From positions 913,557 through 977,556 of the forward strand of contig JAKMXF010000011.1 in NCBI GenBank assembly GCA_024704765.1: 64,000 nt of DNA, in the 5' to 3' direction. Every line of letters begins with the position of its first letter. The stretch's first letter is position 1. The DNA is from Oopsacas minuta (Eukaryota; Animalia; Porifera). Positions 13,007 to 24,825 of this stretch are shown here, in pieces. Under the pieces are notes generated by a model, which searched no databases, was not told where the DNA came from, and saw only the letters and a program-made list of their open reading frames with translations. The position numbers and the translations under genes are program-made.

Positions 13007-13812
13007 TTATTCCTACAACCACATCACTACAACTTTCTATCCTTTGAACTTTAGGTAAGCTTTTATACTTCTAATTATTTTCTAATTACATTTTAGAATA
13101 CATACAATAATTAATATATTTATTCGTGACAAGACCTTTTGTGATATTACAAGTGCATTTGATTGAAAATTGCAACATTTTGACAGGATATTTATATGAT
13201 GCGTTACGTAGCATTTGTATAGCTTGGCTATATACATTTTCCAGAGCATCCTATTTGTATTTCATCCTATTAACTAAATTTGTAGCTTACTAGCTTATCA
13301 CTTAGCTTCATCATAGACCTCTATTGTCTTTATATTATCTCATAATTTTGTTAAGAATTTTTCTGCCTTAAATAGTATTATGACTTTATTAGCTTGTGGT
13401 TCATTGAATTCTTGTCTGCCTTCTGGCATTTGACAATCTACAGATTCAATTCAACAAGTAATTCAACCACGATCACGTTGTTACTATGACTATGTATCTC
13501 TATAAATATTCTTCAACAAATTACAAACTAATTTCCATTATTAGCCCTATTAGCAACTGTATGTCGTAGTATGTACAGGAGGGATTTGTATTAATAATTG
13601 GGTTTATAGTTCAAAGCACCTCAATTAATTCTGTTTATTACATGCTAAAGTTGAAACGTTTTAGGTTTCCATATACAAGCTACTAGTTAATCGTTCCACC
13701 CACCCTATTGTCAGCTATAATAATCACTACACTGTTAGTACGCAGTTGTATTTGAATAGAGAATTCAGTTTAGTAATTAAAGCTATGTGCAAATTCATTT
13801 AAGATTACGGTT

Positions 13813-16800
13813 AATGGCAAAGAAAAGTGACAGTAATCAAAATTTAGAAGAAAGCATCGAGACATCGGTTTTCGTACGTTCCTTCACTCGTCCCAGTTCT
13901 TCACAGAGCAAGCATGCTGTTAATAGCGATACAATTCAGCCAGTACAAGACTGCAAAACTCTCTTCTTAACAAATGTAGCATACCTAACTGGGGGCCGTG
14001 ATACGCGAGGTGGAGCTATTATACAGATAAACACACCTACAATAGAACGATCTCCTGATGAACTCGCTAACCTTCTTAATTTCATTGCTTCTATTCCTGA
14101 TGATACAATCAAAATGAAAGGGTTTTCAATCTTGATCGACTGCCAGTCTTGTCCCACACATGTTGCTAAATTCACAGTTAAAGTTCTGCAACAACTCTTC
14201 AATGAGAAAATCTCAACCGTATTCCTTTTGAAACCGAATAACTTTTGGGAACGGAGGAGATCCGGGATGAGTTTCCGTAGCAAATCTAAGTACTCATTTC
14301 CTGTAGAGCTATTGAACTCCATAAAAGACATACAACACTTCTTCCCTGATTCCACACAGTATCTCCCTCAACACGGTGGTTCATTAGTATACGATCATAA
14401 GGCATTCACATGCTCGTATTTAGAATTCTTAAGTTTGATACAAGATTGTCAGAAATCTCTATCAGAGTATTCAGATATATACAATATAGTACAGCAACAG
14501 CATTTAGCTGCCAATATGGCTGGTGCTAAGAAAATGCTTGCAGAAGTAGAGGAATGTGAGAATATTCTGAAACTTGAGACACCCAAGCGATTGGAAGCGG
14601 AAGCTACCCCTCTGATACATAAAATACGCGCACAGGCCTCTGTTTCTACCGGTAAGGGTAAAAATGACAGGTTGCATCCAGACCTCCTTACTACTGTCTC
14701 ACGATTGGAAGATTTAGTTGCTAGGCTTGTCACACAACAATGGCATCTTAAGCAACATTCTCAGAAGCGTAGAGCTGTCCTACAAGATTGCTTCTCTCAT
14801 AGAAACTTTGAAAACGAAGTACAACAGGTGTTGTCTTGGATTCATGGTGAGGGACACTCTCATATCCTTAAGAGCAATAGAATAGGTAGTAATCACAGGA
14901 ATAGTGTTCAGCTGTTGGAGGAAAATGCAAAGTTCGAGGCTAGAGTTAAGAATTGGAAACAAACTGTCTCAGAAACTTGTGTGTTAGGAGATATGTTGGT
15001 TAGAGAAGCTCATTACGCTTCTATAGCTATCAATGAGAAAGTACAGCAGGTGAATAGTCATTGGAGATCATTTGAAGATGTTGTTAACGAGCGGACTGGT
15101 ATTCTTAAGCTAGCGATGTATTTTGGGCAGAAATCGGATCAGTTTTTTGAAAGGTGTGAAAAATGGCAGCATGCTTGTGAGTCAGAAAATATCCCATTGG
15201 ATATAAAATCTGGTCAGGAATTGTGTCGTGTGCATGAAGATATTAAAAATATTTATGAAAACCAATTCGAACAAATTGAGAAAGACGGCAACACTCTGAT
15301 AGAGATAATGCGAAAACCGAAAGAAATGATTAGTTCATCCTCGATTCCAGATTACATTATTGATATTAAGCGGATTCGCGAAATTCTGTTCAATCTACAT
15401 GATGACAAACAACACCTTGATGATCTGTGGAAACAGAGAAGACAAGAATTGACTCATACTCTGCAAGCGCGAATATTTCAAAATGATTGTGATAGAATCA
15501 CTGCATGGATCACTGCGAAAGGTTACAACTATCTGATTAAGAACTCTGAGATTGGTAATTCATATCGCGAAACTTCACATTTCTTATCCCTACATCAAAA
15601 TTTCGATCGTGAGGCTAAGAACCAACTCACTGAGGGATCTGCTCTATCGCGAAAATCGCAAGATCTGATCAGTTTTCATCTGCCACGTGATAAAGGTGTA
15701 ACTCCACACGAAATTCGCAAATGCATTGTAACACTTGAAGGTCGGATCCAGGCGTTTCAAGAGTCCCTGCTTGAACGCGAGGGAATTCTGCGAAATACAC
15801 AGAAGTTTCATGAAACAGTTGACTACACATTACAAACCTATCACAAGCAGATAGCTAATAGTAAGAATGATAGCTATCCTGATTCAGCACAAGATACAGA
15901 GAACCTTATTAAATCTGTTAAACAACTACACACGTTTAATATTGAAGAGCTCAATAGGATTAGCCATTCTTGTTCTAAGATACAACAAAGCTTAGAGAAC
16001 TCATCATCTCGTATATTAGAAGCTACGTCACAAAAACTATCCCCTGACCATCAAATTGTTACCTCTCCTCTCGCTAACCAGGTTGATCGTGTACACAAAG
16101 AGCTAAGAATCGTGGAAGAATACTTTGAGAAGAGATTACAATTATTAGATGTATGTCTTAACATGAGGATATTTGAGTGTGATGCACGTACACATTTAAC
16201 AAGACTCACTACATGGCATAAAGAGCTAATTGACCAGGATATTTTTCCTTCTACACTACAGGAAGCCAAATTACTTGTACAGAAGTATCAGAAACGCCTC
16301 AATTTCCTGCATCAAGCTTTTGAGATTATCCATGAGAATGCTGATGGACTTAAAATCCAGGTTAATATGCAACAGCTCTATCTTGTTTCTTCAACTCCAG
16401 AAAGAGTAGAAGCTGTACAACATGTTACAAACCTCACTGAAGATTTAGAAAGGAAACAGGGTGAGGTGTTGAAAATCGCAGCTGATCGAGTCAGTCAATA
16501 TCAAGAGTATGTTATTTTACTGGAGTTTGAGCTTCAATACAGAGAGCTATTAGATCATATTACAATGATAGAACGTACGACACCGATAGAAGTAGGACAA
16601 TCATTGGAGCAGTCAAATAATATCCTCAAACAGATCGAACAGGTTGATACAGAATTACAAAACATTTGCCAGCAAGTGAGACAACTACAATTACGGGCTA
16701 ATCAGATGTCTCAAGAGAAACATCCTAGTGGTGGGAATATACAATATTTCGCGGAAGATCTCACGAATAATTGGAACAAGGTTAGCGCTTCTCTTGACAA

Positions 16801-19399
16801 ACGACGTCACCTTGTTAATGTCACCTGTAATTTCCATGAACTTAGTAATGATTTGATGCGGAAATTTGACGAACTTTCGCGTGATTTTAACACTATAAAT
16901 TTCTCTGACGTATCGCCAGACGACAGACACCTCCTAAAACAGAACCAAGAGAACTGGAAGGTTATTAAGGAGGGTGTTGTCCTACTGAATAAAGACGGTC
17001 AAATGCTGTTACAGTCTCTTGACCAAGAATGTAAGTCTCAAAAGTTCAAAGTTAACAAATCCCACCTCAAGAAACCATTATCTCATGAAGATCAAGATGC
17101 TGTAACTACTCTCCAGCTGTTGAAACAACGTCTCAATTACATATTAGAGATGGTTAATCTAAAGTTAAGTCAAGCTGATACAGATCTATGGACACAATTT
17201 GAACAGAAGCTTAGTATTATTAGCCAAATAGCTGAGTTCCAATACGAATCTGAGGAAATTACGAAATTCCTCGAATATTCTGGTTTAGCACGCTTGAAAA
17301 TGCACGATAATCTGAAGTATAACGTTAAGGACTGTAACACACAGCTGATGAAGTTCAAAGAGGATTACACTAAGATAAAGCGTGAGACATCGAATCGTGT
17401 ATTTAAGTGTCAGGACAAAGGGAAAAGAGTACAAGTTTATGTAGCTGATCAATTTCTAATAATACAAAAGATACAAGTTATTCTGAATACGCTTAAAAAC
17501 AAGTGGATACAATTCCAGGAGAGATGTGAGGCTAGAGAAAAGCTTTTGGAAAAGGCTCTCCTCTTCCAGATTGATCTCAGTAAAGTACGAGACTGGAGAA
17601 GCAAAACTTCAAGCTTTTTCACTAAAATAGAAGGAGACCTGAATGCTTCAAGTACTTCAGATGAAGTTGATGGGGTGATTAGTAATCTTAAAGAGTGTAT
17701 GCAGAATAGCGAGACGATGGTAGAAGAGCTTTTGCAACAGATTAAATTCTTAAGCAGTGAATTGGGCGGGGAACAGATTGAAACACAGAAACATATGGTG
17801 TCTTTCAATTACAAAATGACTAAGGAAGAGCTTGAGAGACATCTAGCTAATGCTGAAAACCGCAAATACCTCTTATGGCAAATTGAACGCGAAAAAAACA
17901 CAGAATTACAACTCAGAAAATTGAGAGATATGATGATAGCCGAGCTAATGAGTACTGAGAGATTGTATATCAATGATTTAGCAGTAATAATTAACAAATA
18001 TGTAGAACAATTTCCCTGTGAAAGCACCCCAGAATCAATTCATCATCTCAAACGTGAGATTTTCTCTAACATAACAGACATACATCTTTTCCATAAGAAC
18101 CTATTCCTACCTACTCTATTAGATGCTAATAATAATGTTAATGAAATAGCTGATGCTTTCGCACGGTTTAAACATCGTATAGAGGAGCTGTACACAGTAT
18201 TCTGTAGAGATAGGAGAGAGTCAGAACGGATATTAGTAGCACATACTGAGTTTTTCGAGCAATGGCAACAAGTTGTAGATGAACCTCTTGCTCTACTACA
18301 TCAGCTGCTTAAACCAATACAACGCATCACTAAGTACAAACTGCTTCTTGATAAAATGTTTAACGTCACACAAGATCTCTCTGAACCTCGCCTCTCGTTA
18401 AAGAATGCTTGTAAAGCTATCCTACACATCCTTAACATTACTAATCATCAAGTCGATCTACTGTATTTAGAGAACTTCGAGGGTAACGTGAACGATCTGG
18501 GTAAACTACTTCATAAAGGTATACTGTATTCTTCTGGGAAAAGTTGGAAGAATAATAGTGATAAACCCAGGCACACTTTCCTATTCACGCTAGCACTCGT
18601 ACTGACAAAACGACAAGATGACCTCTCTAAGGAAGCTAATAGCTCACTGAAATATATCTGTAAGGAAGTTATATTCCTTGACGACTTAAAACTGAGTATG
18701 AACTCAACAGAGTGTGAGGGTTTAAAGTTCATTCTATCATCAAAAGATGAAAAGTACTACTTCCGTACAAACACCATGGAAGCTAAGGAAGAATGGTACC
18801 ATCACCTGTCTTGTGTTCTAGACTGTAAATCCTCTCTGGGGGTTAATAAAAAACCTTTCTTCAAACCGAAATCTGGATTTTCTAAGATAATAAATCGTTC
18901 TACTTCTACCATGCCATTTGGCTCAGATAGTCCACATACTTCTACTCCAAAGACCCTTCTATTACCTGCCTTCTCTCATAGTGCTAGTATTTCTAGCCTC
19001 ACTGTTGCAAATTCTTCTGCTAGTTTTGATGGAATTCCCCCACCTCCAATGCTAGACCCTACTCTACATGAAATAAAGATTGATTTAGCAGGGAATTCTG
19101 ACTTTGAGAATTCTGACTCACTTAATATGAATTCTTTATCAAAATGTATTGCTGACTACGAGCCAGATTCTAGCAACCCTAGAGGGATACGTCTGTTATG
19201 CGGTGATGAAGTTGAGATTCTAAAACGTTCTATTAACTGGTCCTGGGTTAGGATTAGTCACAAAACAAATGGAAGTACAGGTTGGGTACCCACAACACAT
19301 CTCTCTTTGTCTAACGGATTAACTCCAGAATCCTTACCGACCAGTAGATCGCAAGATATTCACAAAAAAGCCCTCGATTCTAGTTTTGAGTTAGTTTAA
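13813..19399 (+). CDS. Large Rho GEF: SEC14 - spectrin repeats - DH - PH - SH3 (Trio/Kalirin/Dbs-like), intronless
   Basis: SEC14 'AYLTGGRDTRGGAII…GFSILIDC', multiple spectrin repeats, DH 'ELMSTERLYINDL…LLKPIQRITKYKLLL', PH, SH3 'CIADY…GDEVEIL…WSWVR…GWVPTTHL'. First ATG (MAKK) taken as start. Confidence 0.9.
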
Positions 19400-20055
19400 C
19401 GTTATTTACTCGCAGATTCCTATTTTATTTTAATCATACACTTGCTATATTGTTTGCCTTCCCTCATTAACTTATTTTAAATGTATTTAATAAATTTATC
19501 ACAATTAAATCTCTATAAAGCGAATGTGAGCAAGTTTGATGAACAATCCCTATTTCTTCTGAAAATATTGAATTTTATTTCATTGTAATATAATCCAGTG
19601 TTTTCATTCGTGCGATATTAGTAAATATAAACTAACGAACTTATATTATCTTATTAACAAACAACAAAAAGATAACACTTCATGGTATATAAATAACTTA
19701 TTTTTATGTGTTCTTTCTCCCTCTGAACTCATTATCTGACTTGTAGGATTATACGAATAGATATAACTGTAAGAACAATAGGGGCTGCTATATTGACGAA
19801 AGGAAACTAAACTTTTTCCTTCCATACTCACTAACACACGTATGAATAGATGAATATAGGTAGTAACTAAGACAAGGAAAACTGGAGAGTATTTGTATAG
19901 ATGAATACGATACTATTGTATATTTCTTCCTTCCACCAACTCAACACACATTTTAACAGACAGATAGATGTAGCTGTAAGACAACGAGAACAGGACTATA
20001 CGTAAATTATGACGATACGAAACAATTATTATATACTTTCCTTCCACCAACTAAC

Positions 20056-23000
20056 TTATGGAGAAACAACAGTTCCCAACGTATCGATACTCAATGCCTT
20101 GACTTCAGTTATACCTGCATTGATAGCAATCTCAATGACTGAACGAGCATCTCCTTCATTCAGATCAGTCTGTATCTGCAATATATCATCTGCAATGAAA
20201 CTCACAGAGTTCTTCACTCCTGACAAGCAATTGATCAACAATTGAAAATCTGTTGTCAATTGTCCAGTAGCTGCAATCATGCTATTCAAGGAAGCGATTT
20301 GGGTATTTAATGAACTGATTTGTCCCTCGTATCCAGACACTTGTTTCTTGATAGCCTCGTAAGCAGCCAATGCTGCAGCAAGTCCAGCCAACCCAAAAGG
20401 ACCAAGTGCTAGTAAGTAATAATACTTTTTCGAAGCCTTATTTTCCTGATTTTGTGCATAAACCAAGTTGCTTTGCAGTGTTATCAACTGTGCATTCATA
20501 TCATTTTGTATGGAAGCCAATTCATTGAAATAGCCATTTGTAGTTGTAATTATCCCTTGGATAGTTGTTAATTCTTGAGTTACCTGGCTGTTTAATTCAT
20601 TTGCTTCTTCATCAAGGCGATTTACCATATCTGAAATTTCATTCAAAGAATCATTATGTTCCAATTTCATTAGAATATCTTCCATTTGAGGAAGCGCGCT
20701 CATTACGAAAGACCTAATCACCTCTTGTAGCGTTTGAATATGTGCAATTAGCTCATTAATGTTATCTAACGATTCTATCTGGAAACCAACAGCTTCTCCA
20801 GGTAGATTACTTATCCCTTGTATCTGTTGTTCAGCCTTATTTAGACTTGCTATTGCTTGTGCTAAATTACCAACAGGTACAGGTTCCACACCCCATTCTG
20901 GTATTTTTACTCCGCGATTAACGCGATACTTTTTTACTATTACACGTCTCCTTCCCACTACTTTGGGTGTACGTCTTTTTACTGCCAGACTTTTTTTAGC
21001 CTCCACTTCTGAGTAACTTTTCGTTGCTTCTACAATTGCATCACCAACAGTTTGTCCATCTTCTGCTACGACGTTACCAACACCTGCCATTTGTAGTTTG
21101 ATTGTATCAGTATCTTTAATAACTTTATCTATGGTCGAGTCGGCAGCTACTAAGAACATGGTACGTACTTCATCAGCTGATTTAATACCTTTACTTAAAT
21201 CTGAAATCAATGCATCGAGATCAGCTGATAGAGATTCCCAGGCATTTTGCATACTAGTAGCTGCTTGTACAGCATTAGCTACCTGATTACTGAGAGACTG
21301 ATAACCTCCTGATATACCACTAGCTACTTTGACTTCTGCTGTAAGATTAGATTCTTGAGCTAGCAGAGTAGCTTTTTCATCGTTGAGCTCTTTTATGACA
21401 ACTGCAGTGCCTACTTCACCTCCGACCCCTACTAGCACTATTGCCACACCTCCAGCCACTACCACATTGGAAGTACCTGCAGTTACGAAATCAGCTACGA
21501 GACCTACAGCAGCTACGAAAACTCCTGCTACAATAGCCAATCCACTTAGAACGGACCCTGCAATTTCTCCATCGAGCTGTTTTTGTATCTGATCGAGCTG
21601 GCCATTGATGGAATCTAGGACACCCTTGTCTCCTTCGACTGCTGCATTTAGCTCGGTAACTACGGTCGCAAAGGCAGCAGAATCTGTTGTCAGGTTCTCG
21701 TGTAGACTTTGTATCTGTTGCACTACATAATCAGCTGCTCTTTGATATTCTTTAGCTTGCATTCCAAGTGCAGTCAATACATTAATCCATTGTATTTCAG
21801 TCGATCCCTTAGGCAATACTTCTGGAACAGCATTATGTAGCGCATAGTAATTGCTAATATTTGTGACGTTCTTTATGATTGCAGGCTGTACATAATTCAA
21901 ATATAAATTTGCATGTGTTTGAGCAGTTTTAACTCCACTATTGATATCCTCCTGGTACATTGCGAGCCCTTTTATTCCTGAAAAATCCACCGACGGTTGT
22001 TCATTCACACTGTTGCAATAATTCTGGATAACTAATGCTTGAGAGCATTGTCCTCTGTTTGCCCTGTCCATATCTTTTGCCACATTTTCTGTGTCGGAAG
22101 GTGGTGGAGGCGCAGGGGGATCCTCCAATCGGCCCCCATTCGCGGTCTCCATAATGACGTCACTAACAGTCTCATCTCCCTCTGCAACATTCGTGGCTAT
22201 GCCTGCCATTTGTAGTTGAATGACGTTAATATCTTCAATAACTACCTGCACACAACCATCTGCATCTCTTAAGAATATTTCGCGAATTTGCCCTGTACTC
22301 ATAATACCACTGTTTAAGTAGTCAAACATCGAGTGAAGATCTGTAGATAAAGAAGCCCATGCCCTCTCCATGATGAGTGAAGCTTCCGAAGCAGATTTAA
22401 CTTGGTTCAATAGAGCTGCATATCCACTTTGTATCCCTGTAGCTATCTTAACTTCTACCTTGAGTTCTGCCTTTTCAGTTAGTAATTCAGCTTTAGCTTG
22501 ATTGAGTTTTGCTAGCTCAATCGATGTTCCAATCTCAGCGCCAATGCCTTCTACAACCACACCGACACCACCTATCACCATTTCTGTTGAGGCACCTTCA
22601 GTGACGAAATCAGCAATAGCACCAACACAAATCACGAATACGCCACCAATAATTGCCAGTGTACTCATCGTTACACCCGTAATAAGTCCACCAATCTGCC
22701 CTTGAAGGTCCGCTAAGTCACCATTTATGGATTCTAGAATTCCATTGTCACCCAAGACTGCATTATTGAGATCAGTGACAGTTGTTGAAAACGCATCCAC
22801 ATCAGTGCTTAGATTTGCGTGAAAATTGTCCAACATTATCTTAGTGTTGTTTGCTGCCGTTTGGTATGACCAAGCTTCATTCTGAAGTACGTTTAACGCT
22901 TCGTTCCATTGTCCAAAAGTCGCTCCCTCAGGCAATGTTATCGGGACTGAGTTCTGGAGAGCGTAGTAATTGGCGATATTTGACATATTTTTGATAATCT

Positions 23001-23558
23001 CAGGCTGGATAACGTCCAAATAATACCTTCCATGGGCCTTAGCCGCGGTCAATCCATCGTTAATGCTTTGTTGGTAAGTTTCCAGAGTTCCGTCAAATGT
23101 CACCATTGGCTGTTCTGCACACTGTTACAATACGATTGGATAATCAGTGCTTGGGAGTTTTGAGTTGTGTTTCCACTATTCATAGAATTTGCTGTTGTTT
23201 CAGTGTCTAATTCAGGAAGTACTGGTTCCGGTACCGGTTCTGGTTCTGGTTCTTCTCCTTTCATTTTCATTTTTCGATCAGCAATCTTTTTCATATCGAT
23301 AGTTCCCTTTGTTACCACTTTTGAATCAGCAATTTGTTTTATTGCCTTTTTGGGATCGGTAGTTCCCTTTGTTACCACTTTTTGAACAGCTGGTATTTTT
23401 ACTGCCTTTTTGGGATAGGTGGTTCCCTTTGTTACCACTTTTGAATCAGCGATTTGTTTTATTGCCTTTTTGGGATCGGTAATTCCCTTTGTTACCACGT
23501 TTGAATCGGCAATTTGTTTTACTGTCTTTTTCGAACCTGCAGTTCCCATTGTTGCCAT
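20056..23558 (-). CDS. Polyprotein of three tripartite alpha-pore-forming toxin subunits (AhlB-like, AhlB-like, AhlC-like; ClyA/Hbl/Nhe superfamily), interrupted by a 1-nt frameshift at about 23118-23120
   Basis: Domains 1 (about 23200-22140) and 2 (about 22080-21020) carry AhlB/SmhB hallmarks (SQA..IQ.YCNSV..Q..VDF, 'AK.HA..YL..IQP.II.N..NI.NY.AL.N', 'GDNG.L', 'ADFVTAGTS…GGV', 'NAW.SL..DL'). Domain 3 (about 20870-20056) matches AhlC ('Q.I..L..AE..IQ..S.LP..AV', 'KKYYYLLALGPFGLAGL', 'TEVK.L.ID'). Comparison is with sequences recalled from memory. Confidence 0.85.
23281..23558 (-). repeat. 60-bp coding tandem repeat (about 4.5 copies) encoding the 20-aa unit KQIADSKVVTKGTTDPKKA(I/V)
   Basis: Lines 23281-23540 align in 60-nt register (AGTTCCCTTTGTTACCACTTTTGAATCAGC…GCCTTTTTGGGAT). 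Confidence 0.95.
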
Positions 23559-24825
23559 TTCACTGATGTTCTCCTACGTATTTAAGTGTTGTCCCGAATA
23601 CGCACTTCAATTGGTATTCTATCTTGAATTAACATAAACATTAGCAAATTTAAAACAGTCAATGCTTGTGTTTAAATTTCAGCCGACTCCAGTTATAGCG
23701 AATCCCAAGGCACCGCGATAACTAGTTAGATGTAACGGGAGTTGTCTCTAGTTTTCAATTTGATGATATCCAAATTATATTTCTATTTAATTTCACATAT
23801 GGAGTGAAAAATGTTTTTATTTCAAGTCGTTGACACAATATTTTGGTGATTATAAAATTTTTCAAAATAATAATATATATATTTGAGAGTTTTTCCGAAA
23901 AACTTTGTAGAAAGAAATTGAAATTTCTGTATGTTTAGTGCCTTAAATAGCTCATTTTTCTACATCTAATTGCTTAGAGAGTTGTATATTCCTTTATTAC
24001 TTAAATCTATATTTACTGATCACATCATACTATCTAATGCATTTATAATATCAACAGGATTAAGTCACTAACTCATTACCCATCAAAAATATATACAAAT
24101 ATAAGTCACTGGGATAGTAAACGTCCCAAATATTCCATGTTTTTCTCTGTATCTGTCAATATGAAGTGTGTATTATAATGCGTTTTCTATATATCTTTCA
24201 GGAAATCCTGAAAGATGATTGATTAGCAAAGAATTCATTTATACATGACCTTTGATTTATAACTTTTGCTTGCTTCACCTATTGTCATATCCGTTATTAG
24301 CATAATATTCGCTAACAATCATGGCTCACAGCATATTATCATATAATAGTCATCTGGGCAGGGTCTCATCTAGCTCTCCCTCAGGTGTTGATGAAAGCCC
24401 CTCTCTCCCCCCTGAATCCCGAAACGAGATACAACACTGCATCTTATAGTGTTGATATTATAGATTAATTCATCATCTAATACGATATATATTATTGCTG
24501 TGAGAGTTTCGCGTTTATTAATTAAGCTATCCTATTTAGTTAACTGATATTTTCACCTAGAAATGCATTTTTACTCTCCTGAATTAATAACTTAACTTCA
24601 TTTATGACTTGTTGTTTGTCGTAACCAGAGTATTATATTTACCATCAACTCTTCTCATGTATTTGGATTTCATATAACTTTAACAAATTTATCACGAATT
24701 AATCTCTATAAAATATAAATTCCAATATTTCTAAACTCAAACTTAGGGACTAATATACCGATAATAAATATTTACATTATACGAATGGACGAGGAATGGG
24801 AGAGTATATATGGCGATTCTTGTGA

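Noticed and set aside
13936-18732. Numerous antisense ORFs within the RhoGEF (likewise within ATP13A, the GPCRs and the ankyrin gene)
   Set aside because: Shadow ORFs on the strand opposite well-supported genes, with no independent motifs.
19905-20056. About 40-nt degenerate direct repeat (…TTCCTTCCACCAACT…) just downstream of the toxin stop
   Set aside because: Only two imperfect copies, both on one side of the gene, so not a target-site duplication; probably a local 3' UTR duplication.
20056-23558. Toxin region as bacterial contig contamination or a prokaryotic operon
   Set aside because: No other bacterial genes, no operon structure and no separate subunit genes. The subunits are fused with eukaryote-like low-complexity linkers and flanked by animal genes. 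Not fully excluded without spanning reads.
23281-23558. CRISPR-like array
   Set aside because: The repeats are contiguous 60-bp in-frame coding units with no unique spacers, in a eukaryotic context.
24193-24216. Near-perfect palindrome ATCTTTCAGGA-AA-TCCTGAAAGAT upstream of the toxin gene
   Set aside because: Single short inverted repeat with a 2-nt loop in AT-rich DNA, and no matching partner at the other flank to suggest a transposon end.
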